Source: Mobula hypostoma (taxonomy: Eukaryota). From it: 64,000 bases of DNA. Each line of letters starts with the position of its first letter. Within the stretch, counting starts at the first letter, position 1. Location of the stretch: NCBI RefSeq assembly GCF_963921235.1, contig NC_086108.1:89530001-89594000 (forward strand), given 5' to 3'. Below are positions 38,356-51,152 of this stretch, piece after piece. A model generated the notes under the pieces. That model was not told the DNA's origin, did no database searches, and saw only the letters and a program-made list of their open reading frames with translations. Both the position numbers and the translations under genes were made by a program.

Positions 38356-39094
38356 AATTTGTCTTATTTTGCACATTGGTTGCTTGTCAGTCTTTGTTTT
38401 TGTATAGTTTTTCATAAATTCTATTGTATTTCTTTATTTTCCTGTGTAAATATCTGCCAAAATGAATCAAGGTAGTATATGGTAACACATACATACTTTG
38501 ATAATCAATTTACTTTGAAATTAGTGTGGTAGCAACACCAGGATGTTTCTTTTTAAGTGAATTAGCCTTGTTACCTAGGTTGAAGTAAAGAGATTAGTCT
38601 TTTCATAAACCCATTATGGTTTTGAACTTTGCCCTTGGCTTCTGGAAAACAGCACATTAACTAAATTTATAGTGATCATTAATGAGCGATAATTCTTAGT
38701 CCCAGGTCATCCTGCATTATTTAGTTTTGATCATGCATGATTGGGATGTAAAGTAAAATTGTGAGCTTTGTAAATTGCTGAAATGGAAGCTGCAGATATT
38801 ACAGTGAAAGAAATTAAACCCTTGAGATTTGGGTGGAAAGGACGAGCAACTAGCTGGCTAAAATAAAATCTATTAACCTTCTCTGGAAAGACAGGCAAAG
38901 AGATCTGCATGCACTAGGTCCTTAACAAATTAGATTGAAGTGTTGTAAAATTAATATACAATCCACATTAACCAGTCTAATTTAAAATATTGAAATCAAT
39001 GTCTACTCAAGAGGTGGGTCAGAGAGATGAGTGGCATCTGACGATCTTGAAAATAAAAGATTAGATTTATTTGTCACATGTACTTCAAAACATA

Positions 39095-39616
39095 CACTCA
39101 GTGGCCACTTCATTAGGTACACCATTACACCTTGTTAATGCAAATATCTAATCAGCCAATTGAGGAAGCAAGCCAATGCATAAAAGGCATGCAGACATGG
39201 TCAAGAGATTCAGTTGTTATTCAGACCAAACATCAGAATAGGGAAAAAATATGATTCTTGTGATTTTGAATGTGAACTGATTGTTGATGCTAGATGGGGT
39301 GGTTTGAGTGTGTCAGAAACTGCTGATCTCTGGGATTTTCACACAGCAGTCTCAATGGTGTGAAAACAGAAAACATCCAGTGATTACCAGTTCTGTGGAC
39401 AAAAATGCCTTGTTAATGAGAGGTCAAAGGAGAATGGCCAGACTGGTTCAAGCTGACAAGAAGGTGACAATAATACAAATAACACGAGTTACAACAGTGG
39501 TATGCAGAAGAACGTCTCTGAACACATAAACATCGAACTTTGAAGGCCATTCTGGGGCAAAGGAGGAGTCCTACCCAATACTAGAAAGGCATTACTAATA
39601 AAGTAGCCATTGCGTG
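39095..39616 (+). mobile_element. Tc1-like non-autonomous DNA transposon
   Basis: TA-CACTCAGTGGCCACTTCATTAG ... CTAATAAAGTAGCCATTGCGTG TIRs; transposase remnant RGQRRMARLVQADKKVT. Confidence 0.8.
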
Positions 39617-40233
39617 TGCAGTGAAATGCCTTGCTTACATCGGCGATGTGCTGGGAGCAGCCAGCAAGCGTTGCCATGCTTCTGGCACTGACAAAGCATG
39701 ATCACAACTTATGAGACAATGAGATTGGAGTCAAAGAACAAGCAAAAGTTGGAAGCAGGGGATAAAATTGGTGATAATGAAGAAATCAGATTGCTATCAA
39801 ATAACATCCCATCTGGCCAGGTGTGGAAACTGAGATAAGCCAAGAAAGGACAGGAGACAGGGAGGTTATGGGCAATGATGAATGCCTGTGGGTGATAAGT
39901 TATGAATGCAATGGTGGGAATATTTAAAGGGTCTACAATGAGTTTAGGAAAACATTTTGTTCCTTGTAGTACACAGTTATCAACATGTTTGCCTAGCGGA
40001 TCCAGATCTATTTTGATTTTTTTTAACTTCTGAGTTTCATAAGGATTGAGTGATTTGCCAACACATTAAGAATATAAATTGTATAAAACTAGAAGGATGC
40101 AATCTCCTTAATAGATTACAACAGCTAACTCATTTCCTGAGGGCAGATCCGTAGCACTCTACCCTTCCTATCTGCTTTGAAAATCTAAGTCAGTGGATTT
40201 GAGATGAATTGATTTCCTGTTTTGTATTCCCAG

Positions 40234-40374
40234 TATTTTGAACTTCCACCTATCTCCAATATCTCTGCTTTTGACAAATTACCATCAAAAAGTTCACTAG
40301 CAATGGAGGCGATATTGATGCAACATGTGAATGCTTCTGTGGAGAGTGATTTACCTAAATCTTTCAAAAATAAT
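40234..40374 (+). CDS. Probable internal coding exon of an unidentified host gene (YFELPPISNISAFDKLPSKSSLAMEAILMQHVNASVESDLPKSFKNN)
   Basis: TTTCCTGTTTTGTATTCCCAG acceptor, AAT|GTAAGT consensus donor; 141 nt, phase 0-0, open frame, non-repetitive DNA. Confidence 0.6.
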
Positions 40375-40855
40375 GTAAGTGAATTCTCTGGAAGCAGCAG
40401 CAGAAGAGTACAAAAAATAGATGGAAAGATAAAAAATCATCCCTTGTATCCATTATGTGCTTGACGTGGTAACAAATAGCCATTGGACATGGCTTCTAAA
40501 ATTCCACTCTGTCAATGGAAACTAAATTTCTGAGAAGAGTTTATCAAAATACATGGCAAACTTGTGCATTTGCTTCATACAAGAGAAAGTATTTTTGCCT
40601 GACTTCCTTTCAGTTTGCACAATAAAATTATGGCCTTGAAATATTTAGTAGGTTAAACTCCCTCCTTCATTATTTTAACATGATGTTAACTTAAATGTAA
40701 CAAATGGGTTATAGTGGCCAAGTTTTCACTCAGTACTCTTAATGTGACTACAATCCTTGATAGCATATATTCACTGGTTGGTATTCATCAAATTTCAACT
40801 GTAGATTTGACATCTTTTTATGTATGCTTGCCTTTCCCATTTGCAATTTTTCTAG

Positions 40856-40906
40856 CCTCAGGCTTTGACAGAGTATGACTAGTTGAAGCCAAAAGTGAAT
40901 AAATAT
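40856..40906 (+). CDS. Candidate exon PQALTEYD* (TAG at 40880-40882)
   Basis: CTTTCCCATTTGCAATTTTTCTAG acceptor, TAT|GTAAGT donor; 51 nt. Confidence 0.4.
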
Positions 40907-41347
40907 GTAAGTGAAGGTGACTCGTATTTCTCAAGCATTCCTTTTACATTGTATCAGCATCTTTGCATGGTTCGATTGCCTTGCTGTACTTTGTTGCTGT
41001 ACTTAATATGACTATCTGTACAGTTTACTCTTTGAGCTTGGTTGAGCAGTTTGGTGTGCAGTATGTGGCAATAAACTGATCTCGTATGTGACTGAGATTT
41101 TGTTTTGACTATGTTCATAACTTCACAAACTTTTAACAAGTTGAGTAAGTTATATAAATTTTGAAATCTGTCCTCAAAATACCATTTGTGGAAGTAGTTT
41201 TAAAAAAACCTAACTATTTAAGGCTTTCATAAGACTATTGATGTTTCTACTTTCATTGTAAATCACTGAAAACATTATTAACAAAATCATCTTGGAGTTT
41301 AATGTGTCTCTTTACCAAAACGTATGGTTAGTCCTTCTTAAGAAGTT

Positions 41348-42397
41348 CAATAATACTTTATACTTTATTGTCACCAAACAATTGATACTAGAACGTACAA
41401 TCATCACAGCGATATTTGATTCTGCGCTTCACGCTCCCTGGAGTACATATTGATAGTAAATATTAAAAATTTAAATTATAAATCATAAATAGAAAATAGA
41501 AAAGTGAAAGTAAGGTAGTACAAAAAAACCGAGAGGCAGGTCCGGATATTTGGAGGATACGGCCCAGATCCCGGTCAGGATCTGTTCAGCAGTCTTGTCA
41601 CAGTTGGAAAGAAGCTGTTCCCAAATCTGGCTGTACGAGTCTTCAAGCTCCTGAGCCTTCTCCCGGAGGGAGGAGGGACGAAAAGTGTGTTGGCTGGGTG
41701 GGTCGTGTCCTTGATTATCCTGGCAGCACTGCTCCGACAGCGTGTGGTGTAAAGTGAGTCCAAGGACAGAAGATTGGCTTGTGTGATGTGCTGGGCTGTG
41801 TCCACGATCTTCTGCAGCTTCTTCCAGTCTTGCACAGGACAACTTCCATACCAGGTTGTGATGAACCCTAGAAGAATGCTTTCTACGGTGCATCTATAAA
41901 AATTAGTGAGGGTTTTAGGGGACAGGCCAAATTTCTTTAGTTTTCTCAGGAAGTAAAGGTGCTGGTGGACCTTCTTGGCAGTGAACTCTGCTTGGTTGGA
42001 CCAAGTCAGGTCATTTGTGATATTGACCCTATGGAACCTAAGCTTTTGACCTGTTCCACTTGCACACCACCGATGTAAATGGGGTCGTGCGGTCTGCTAC
42101 TCCTTCTGAAGTCGACAACCAATTCCTTCATCTTGCTGACATTGAGGGATAGGTTATTGTATTCACACCATGCCACCAGGTTCTTAATTTCCTCTCTGTA
42201 CTCAAACTCATCATTACCCGAGATACAGCCTACAATTGTGGTGTCATCAGCAAAGTTATATATTGAGTTTGATGGAAACTTGGCTACACAATCATGGGTG
42301 TACAGTGAGTACAGCAGGGGCCTGAGTACACAGCCTTGTGGGGCACCGGTGTTCAGAGTGATTGTAGAGGAGAACTTGTCCCCTATTTTTACAGCCT
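41348..42397 (-). mobile_element. Rex1/Babar LINE, 5'-truncated
   Basis: TGAPQGCVL motif; RIIKDTTHPANTLF..SGRRLRSLKTRTARFGNSFFP. Confidence 0.85.
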
Positions 42398-43075
42398 GTT
42401 ACTCGGCTGTTATTTCTGAAATTTTCAGACTTGTTACCAAAATCAAGTAATTTATTCTTGTAGGATCTGAAATAGCTCATTTATCAATTCCTCAACATGA
42501 TGATAAAAAAAATCCCAGAAATTAATCCTTAAAGATGTTAGTACTAATTTGCACAGTTGATATGTAGGCCTGCCATGAATTTTGCATTGTACATGTCCAG
42601 TATCACCTTATATCAGAGACCTACAAAAATTTACATTTTTCTTCGCATGCTGTTGTTCAGCTCCACCCAAGTTGACTCTAATTCTATATCAAGTACGGCT
42701 GAGCTAAGATCAGTTCCAGCTACAAACAGAAGCATAAATTACCTCTTTCTTTTGGCCTGTCTGTCTTGTTCACTGAATAAGAGATGAAATTGCAGCACAG
42801 TTGGAAATTGGCAGGAATGACATTGTGCATATCAATGAGTCATGACCAGGAGCTTAACACCTCTATCAAAAGCACAGGCAACTAGGCAGAGGGGTTGTGG
42901 TGGCTCTGTTGGTTAAAAAAAAATGAAAACAGATCTTTAGAAAGTGGTGACATTTCAATGGAAAGTGTAGAGTCCTTGCACGTAGAGTTAAGAAACAGCC
43001 AGAGTAAAAAGACCCTGATTGGAGTTATATTCAAGCCTTCCAAACTGCAGCAAAGATGTGGGCTACCAAGTACAA

Positions 43076-46000
43076 TAGAAACATAGAAAACCTACAGTCC
43101 AATACAGGCCTGTCAGCCCACAATGCTGTGCAGAACATGTACTTACATCAGAAATTACCTAGGGTTACCCATAGCCCTCTGTTTTTCTAAGCTCCATGTA
43201 CCTAACCACGAGTCCCTTAAAAGACCCTATCGTATCCACCTCCACCACCGTTGCCAGCAGCCCATTCCATGCACTCACCTCTCTCTGCGTACAAAACCTT
43301 ACCCCTGACATCTCCTCTGTACCTACTTCCAAGCACCTCAAAACTGCACCTTCAGGTCTTAGCCATTTCAGCCCTGGGAAAAAGCCTCTGACTATCCACA
43401 GGATCAATGTCTCTCATCATCTTATACACCTCTATCAGGTCACCTCTCATCCTCCACCTCTCCAAGGAGAAAAGGCCAAGTTCACTCAACCTATTCTCAT
43501 AAGGTATGCGTCCCAATCCAGGCAACATCCTTGTAAATCTCCTCTGCACCCTTTCTATAGTTTCCACATCCTTCCTGCAGTAAGGTGACCAGAACTAAGC
43601 ACAGTATCCAAGTGTGGTCTGACCAGGGTCCTATATAACTGTAACATTACCTCTCAGCTCATAAAGTCAATCCCACGGTTGATGAAGGCCAATACACTGT
43701 ATGCCTTCTTAACCATAGAGTCAACCTGCGCAGCAGCTTTGAGTGTCCTATGGACTTAGACCCCAAGATCCCTCTGATCCTCCACGCTCCCAAGAGACTT
43801 ACCATTAATACTATATTCTGCCATCATATTTAACCTATCAGAATGAACCACCTCACACTTATCTGGATTGAACTCCATCTGCCACTTCTCAGCCCAGTTT
43901 GCATCCCATCAATGCCCCACTGTAACCTCTGACAGCCATCCCCACTATCCACAACACCCCAATCTTTGTGTCATCAGCAATTTACTAACCCATCCTTCCA
44001 CTTCTTTATCCAGGTCATTTATAAAAATCACGAAGAGAAGTGGTCCCAGAACAGATCCCTGAGGCACACCACTGGTCACTGACCTCCATGCAGAATATGA
44101 CCCATCTACAACCACTCTTTTCCTTCTGTGGGCAAGCCAATTCTGGATCCACAAAGCAAGATCCCCTTGAATCCCATGCCTCCTTACTTTCTCAATAAGC
44201 CTTGCATGGGGTAACTTGTCAAATGCCTTGCTGAAATCCATATACGCTACATCTACTGCTCTACCTTCACAGAGTGTTTAGTCACATCCTCAAAAAATTC
44301 AATCAAGCACTTAAGACACGACTTGCATTTGACAAAGCCATGCTGACTATGCTGATATAATCATATTATGCCCCTCCAAATGTTCATAAATCTTGTCTCT
44401 CAGGATCTTTACCATCAACTTACCAACCACTGAAGTAAGACTCATTGGTCTATACTTTCCTGGGTTATCTCTACTCCCTTTCTTGAATAAGGGAACAACA
44501 TCTGAAACCCTCCAATCCTCTGGAACCTCCCTCGCCTCCCACAGTAGCCTGGGGTATATGTCATCCAGTGCCAGAGACTTATTCAAAAGCTTTCCAAGAG
44601 CTTTCCACAAGCTCCAGCACATCCCTAGAATCGCCAAGATCCTTTTCTGTAGTGAATACTGAAGCAAAGTATTCATTAAGTGTCTCTGCTATCTCCGGTT
44701 CCACACATACTTTTCCACTGTCACACTTGATTGGTCCTATTCTCTCCCGTCTTATCCTCTTGCTCTTCACATACTTGTAGAATGCCTTGGGATTTTTCAT
44801 AATCCTGCTCACCAAGGCCTTCTCATGGCCCCTTCTGGCTCTCCTAATTTCCTTCTTAAGCTCCTTTCTACTAGCCTTATAATCTTCTAGATCTTTATCA
44901 TTGTCTAGTTTTTTTAAAAACTTTAAGCTTTTCTTTTCTTCTTGACTAGATTTTCAACAGCCTTATACACCACAGTTCCTGTACCCTACCATCCTATCCC
45001 TGTCTTATTGGAACGTACCTATGCAGAACGCCACGCGAATACCCCCTGAACATTTGCCACAGTTCTGTCGTACATTTCCCTGAGAAAATCTATTCCCAAT
45101 TAATACATCCAAGTTCCTGCCTGATAGCTTCTTATTTCCCTTTACTCCAATTAAACGCTCTTCTAACTTGTCTGTTCCTATCCCTCTCCAATGCTGTGGT
45201 AAAGGAGATAGAATTGTGATCACTATCTCCAAAATGCTCTCCCACTGAGAGACCTGACACATGACCAGATTCATTTCCCAATACCAGATCAAGTACAGCC
45301 TCTCCTCTTGTAGGCTTATCTACATGCTGTGTCAGGAAACCTTCCTGAACACACCTAACAAACTCCACCCCATCTAAGCCCCTTGCTCTAGAGAGATGCC
45401 AATCAATATTTGGGAAATTAAAATCTCCCACCATGACAACCTTGTTATTATTACACCTTTCCAGAATCTGTCTCCCTATCTGCTCCTCGATGTCCCTGTT
45501 ACTATTGGGTGGTCTTTAAAAAAACATCCAGTAGAGTTATTGATCCCTTCCTGTTTCTAACTTCCACCCACAGAGACTCTGTAGACAATCTTTCCAAGAC
45601 TTCTTCCTTTTCTGCAGCCATGACACTATATCTGATCAGCAATGCCATGCCCCCACCTCTTTTGTCTTGCTCCCTGTCCTTTCTGAAACATCTAAAGCTT
45701 GGCACTCTAAGTAACCATTCCTGCCCTTAAATCATCCAAGTCTCTGTAATGGCCAGAACATCATCGCTCCAAGAACTGATCCATACTCTAAGCTCAAACG
45801 CTTTGTTCATGATGCTTCTTGGATTAAAATAGACACATCTCGAACCATCAGTCTGAGCACATCCCTTCTCTATCACCTGCCTATCCTCCCTCTCGCACTG
45901 TCTCCTAGCTTTCTGTATTTGTGAGCCAACCACCTCTTCCTCCGTCTCTTCAGTTTGGTTCCCACCCTCCAGCAATCCTAGTTAAAACTCTCCTCGATGA

Positions 46001-47076
46001 CCTTAGCAAACCTTCCCGCTAGGATATTGGTCCCCCTCGGATTCAAGTGCCACCTGTCCTTTTTGTACAGGTCACGCCTGCCCCAAAAGAGGTCTAAATG
46101 ATCCAAAAATCTGAATCCCTGCCCCTTGCTCCGATCCCTCAGCCACGCATCTATCCTCCACCTCACTCTATTCCTGTACTCACTGTCACGTGGCACAGTC
46201 AGTAATTACTATCTTTGAGGCCCCGCATGTCAGCTTCCTTCCTAACTCCCTGTAGTCTGTTTTCAGGACCTCCTTCCCTTTCTTACGTATGTACCATGAC
46301 CTCTGGCTGTTCACCTTCCCACTTCAGGATATTGTGAATGCTATCAGAAACATCCCGGACACTGGCACCTGGGAGGTAAACTACCATCTGTGTTTCTTTC
46401 CTACATCCACAGAATCCTCTGTCTGACCCCCTACCTATAGAGTCCCCTGTTACTGCTGTCTTCTTCTTTTCCCTACCCTTCTGAGCCACAGGGCCAGACT
46501 CTGTGTCAGATGTGCAGCCATTGTTGCTTCCCCCACGTAGGCCGTTCCCCCCCAACAGTACTCAAACAGGAGTACTTATTGTTAAGGGGTACAGCCACAG
46601 GGGTACTCTCTAGTATCTGACTCTTTCCCTTCCCTCTCCTGACTGTTACCCACTTATCTATCTCTTGAGGCCCCGGTGTGACTACTTGCCTATAGCTCCT
46701 CTCTGCCACCTCCTCACATTCCCTGACCAGTTGAAGGTCAATGAGTTGCAGCTCCAGTTCCCTAACGCGGTACCTAAGGAGCTGTAGCTCGACACACCTG
46801 ACGCTGATTTGGCCGTCCGGGAGGCTGGGAATCTCCCAGACTTCCCACATCTGACACCCAGTACAGAACACCAGCCTCATAAACATACTTCCTATTCCTA
46901 AAATTCACAGGTAACCTACCTTGCCTCAAACTGTTATTGCCAAAGCCCTGTAGAGCCAAAGCCATCCGACTCTGACTCCCTCCTATTCTACACCTGCTCT
47001 ATAAAGCTGTCTCCTTTTAAACTCTTCACGCTGGTCTAACTTGCTGATGTCCGCACGCTTGCACAAGCGTCCCTCG
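43076..47076 (-). mobile_element. Near full-length CR1-B: 5'UTR, ORF1 (Zn-finger, coiled coil, SGNH esterase), ORF2; disrupted
   Basis: CTGCQMWE, LLRYRVRELELQL, VTGDSI, KKDRWHLNPRG; ORF2 [26 protein letters not shown]. Confidence 0.92.
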
Positions 47077-48189
47077 ATGGGAGGTAGAAAAGGCATGTAA
47101 AAAGAGCAATGTTACAATAGTCATGTGGAATTTCAATATTCAGGTGCCTAGGGAAAATATTCAGGTTGGTGGTGGATGCTAAGAGAGGGAATTTGTAGAA
47201 TCCCTACAAGATAACTTTTTAGAACAGCCTGTGACTGAGCCTACTAGGGAATCAACTATGCTGGATTGGGTATTGTGCGATGAACCAGAATTGATTAGAG
47301 AGCATAAGATAGAGGAACCCTTGGGAGACAATGGTGATAATATGATAGAATTCACCCTGCAATCTGAGGGGGAGGACCTAGAGTCAGATATATCAGTATT
47401 ACAGTGGAGTAAAGGGAAATACAGAGGCATTAGATGGCCAAAGGTGATTTGAAGGAGACACTAGCAGGGATGACGGCAGAGCAGTAATGGATGGAATCTC
47501 TGGGAGCAATTCAGAAGGCTCAGGATAGATACATCCCAAAGAAGTATTCTAAATGCAGGACGACACAACCATGGCTGACGAGACAAGCCAAAGCCAACAA
47601 AAAAGCCAAAGAGAGGGCATATAATAGAACAAAAATTATTGAGAAGTTAGAGGATTGGGAAGCCTTTTAGAAACCCACAGAAGGCAGCAAAAAAAAAGGT
47701 CATAAAGAGAGAAGGGATAAAATACAAAGGTAAGCTAGCCAATAATATTAAAGAGGATGCCGAAAGTTTCTTCAGAGATATATATATATATAATAGAGAG
47801 AGAGAGAGAGTAAAAGAGAGGAGAGAGTAATTATCAGACCTCTGGAAAATTATGATAGAGTGGTAATAAAAAGGGACAGGGAAATGGTGGAGGAACTGAA
47901 TAAATATTTTGCATCAGTCTTCGCTGTGGAAACTACTAACACTATGCTGGATGTTCAAGAGAGTCAGGGCAAATATGTGTGAAGTGGCCATTATTGGGGA
48001 GAAGGTGCTTGGAAAACTAAAAGGTCTGAAGGTAGATAAATCATCTGGACCAGATGGATTACACCCCAGGGTTCTGAAAGAGGTGGTTGAAGAGATTGTA
48101 GAGGCATTAGTAATGATCTTTCATGAACCAATACATTCTGGCTTGGTTCTTGTGGATTGGAAAACTGTAAATGTCACTCCTCTCAAGAA

Positions 48190-49050
48190 GAATCTCAGGT
48201 GGTGACAAGAGGACATACAGGAGTGAGATCTGCCAACTAGTGGAGTGGTGTCGCAGCAACAACCTGGCACTCAATGTCAGTAAGATGAAAGAGCTGATTG
48301 TGGACTTCCGGAAAGGTAAGATGAAGGAAAACATACCAATCCTCAAAGAGGCATCAGAAGTGAAGAGAGTGAGCAGTTTCAAGTTCCTGGGTGTCAAGAT
48401 CTCTGAGAATCTAACCTGGTCCCAACATATCGATGCAGTTATAAAGAAGGCAAGACAGTGGCTATACTTTATTAGGAGTTTGAAGAGATTTCATATGTCG
48501 ACAAATACACTCAAACTTATATAGATGTACCGTGGAGAGCATTCTGACAGGCTGCATCACTGTCTGGTATGGGGGTGGTGGTGGGGGGGGGGTGTTGCTA
48601 GTGCACAGGACCGAAAGAAGCTGCAGAGGATTATAAATTTAGTTGGCTCCATCTTGGGTACTAGCCTACAAAGTACCCCTGACACCTTCAGGGAGTGGTG
48701 TCTCAGAAAGGCAGTGTCCATTATTAAGGACCTCCAGCATCCAGGGCATGCCCTTTTCTCACTGTTACCATCAGAAGGTACACACTCAGCGACTCAGGAA
48801 CAGCTTCTTCCCCTCTGCCATCTGATTGCTAAATAGACATTGAACCCTCGGACACTACCTCACTTTTTAAATATATATTATTTCTGTTTTTTGCATGATT
48901 TTTAATCCATTCAATATTTGTGTACAGTAATTTATTTAATTATTGTTTTGGATTTTTTTTTTCTTCAATATGTATTGCATTGAACTGTTGCTGCTAAGTT
49001 AACAAATTTCATGTCACATGCTGATGATAATAAACTTGATTCTGATTCTA
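48190..49050 (+). mobile_element. Rex1/Babar LINE 3' fragment
   Basis: WCRSNNLALNVSKMKELIVDFRK; CTGATT tail; same family as 30790-31590. Confidence 0.85.
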
Positions 49051-50419
49051 ATTCACTCTTCAACAAGGGAGAGACATAAGAATGGAAAATATAGGTCAGT
49101 TAGTCTGACCTCAGAGGTTGAATAGATGTTGGAGTCGATTATTAACAATAAAGTTTCAGGGTACTTAGAGGCACACGATAAAATAGGCTACAGTCAGCAT
49201 GGTTTCTTTAATGGAAAGTCTTGCCTGACAAATATGTTAGCATTCTTTGAAGAAATAACAAGCAAGATAAACAAAGGAGAATTGGTTGACGTTGTGTACT
49301 TGGATATTCAGAAGGCCTTTTGCACGATGCTGCATATGGAACAAGTTAAGAGCTCATAGTATTACAGCAAAGAATCTAGCATGCGTATAGAGATCATTGG
49401 CTGATTGGCAGGAGGCAAAGATTGGGAATAAAGGGAGCCTTTTCTGGTTGGCTGCCGGTGACTAATGGTGTTCCACGGGGGTCTCTGTTGGGTTACATTA
49501 CATGTCAGTGATTTGGATGGAGGAATTGATGGCTTTGTGGCCAGGTTTGCAAATGTATGAAGATGGGTGGGTGGGTAAGTAGTGCAGATTAGAAGAATAG
49601 GCAAAGAAGTGGCTGATGGAATACCATGTCAGGAAGTGTATGGTCATGCACTTTGTTAGAAGAATTGAAAGTGCAGACTATTTTCTAAATGGAAAAAAAA
49701 TCAAAAATCTGAAGTGCAAAGGGACTTGGGAATCCTCATGCAGAATTCCCTAAAGGTTAATTTGCAGGTGGAGTCAGTGGTGAGGAAGGCAAATGCAGTG
49801 ATAGCATTCATTTTGACAGCACCAGAATAAAAAAGCAAGTATATTATGTTGAGCCTTTATAAGGCACTTGGATTATTGTGAACATTTTTGGGCCCTTTAT
49901 CTAAGAAAGGATGTGCTGACATTGGAGAGGGTTCAGAGGAAGTTCACGAGAATTATTATGGGAATGAAAGGGTTACTATATGAGGACTGATTCATCGCTC
50001 TGAGCCTGTATTCACTGGAATTCAGAAGAATGATGGGGAATGTATTGAAATCAAGTGAATGTTATAAGACCTCAAGAGAGTGGTTGTGGAGAGGATGTTT
50101 TCTATGGTGGGGAAGTCTAGCACCACAGGGCACAGTCTCAGGATAGAGGGACTTCCATTTAGAATGGAAATGAGGAGGAATTTCTTTAGACAGACAGTGG
50201 TAAAAATGTGAAATTTGTTGCAACAGTCTGCTGTGGAAGCCACATCATTGGATATACTTAATACAGAGGTTGATAGGTTCTTGATTAAGGCATGAAGGGT
50301 TACACCGAGAAGGCAGGGGATTGGGACTGAGGGAAATGGGTCAGCCATGATGAAATAGCAAAGCAGACTCAATAGGCCAAACAGCCTAATTCTGCTCTTG
50401 TGCCTTTTTGGTCTTATGA

Positions 50420-51152
50420 TTGTAGGTACAAACCACCCATCATCAAGGACACTTATAAGAGTCTGTGCCTCAGGAAGGTGGTATCCACCATTATAGACCC
50501 TCACCATGTGGGATATCTCCTCATTTCATTACTACCATCAGAGAGGCAAAATAGGAGCCTGAAGACCAGCACTGAATGACTTAGGAGCAGCTTCCCCTCC
50601 ACCATCAGTTTTCTGAGTGAACTTGGCCTTTTCTCCTTGGAGCGACGGAGGATGAGAGGTGACCTGATAGATGTATATAAGACGATGAGAGGCATTGATC
50701 ACGTGGATAGTTACAGGCTTTTTTCCAGGGCTGAAATGGTTAATACTAGAGGGCACAGTTTTAAGGTGCTTGGAAGTAGGTACAGAGGAGATGTCAAGAT
50801 TTTTACGCAGAGGATGGTGAGTGCATGGGATGGGCTGCCGGCAACAGTGTTGGAGGCCGATAACGATAGGGTCTTTTAAGAGACTCCTGGATAGGTAAAG
50901 GGAGCTTAGAACAATAGAGGCCTATGGGTAACCCTAAGTAATTTCTAAAGTAAGTACCTGTTCGGCACAGCATTGTGGGCCAAAGGGCCTGTATTGTGCT
51001 GTAGGTTTTCTGTTTCTTAACATTCATGAAGACTATTATTATTCCTTATTTAAGCAGTTTAATTATGTTTTCAAATTTATAGATTTTTGTCTTTGCTCTG
51101 TCCTGCCTCAAAACAAATTTCACATCATATGTTTGTGATAATAAATCTGATT
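50420..51152 (+). mobile_element. Rex 3' fragment interrupted by a CR1-B 3' fragment (about 50612-51018)
   Basis: ERRRMRGDLIDVYK..TRGHSFKV lies inside Rex tail sequence. Confidence 0.75.

Larger units (their letters stand above)
42785..50420 (+). mobile_element. CR1-A ORF2, near complete but degraded, split by CR1-B and Rex insertions
   Basis: EN remnants (VESLHVELRN, PTRESTMLDWVLC), KSSGPDGLHPRVLKE, VDVVYLDIQKAF; tail at about 50415. Confidence 0.85.
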
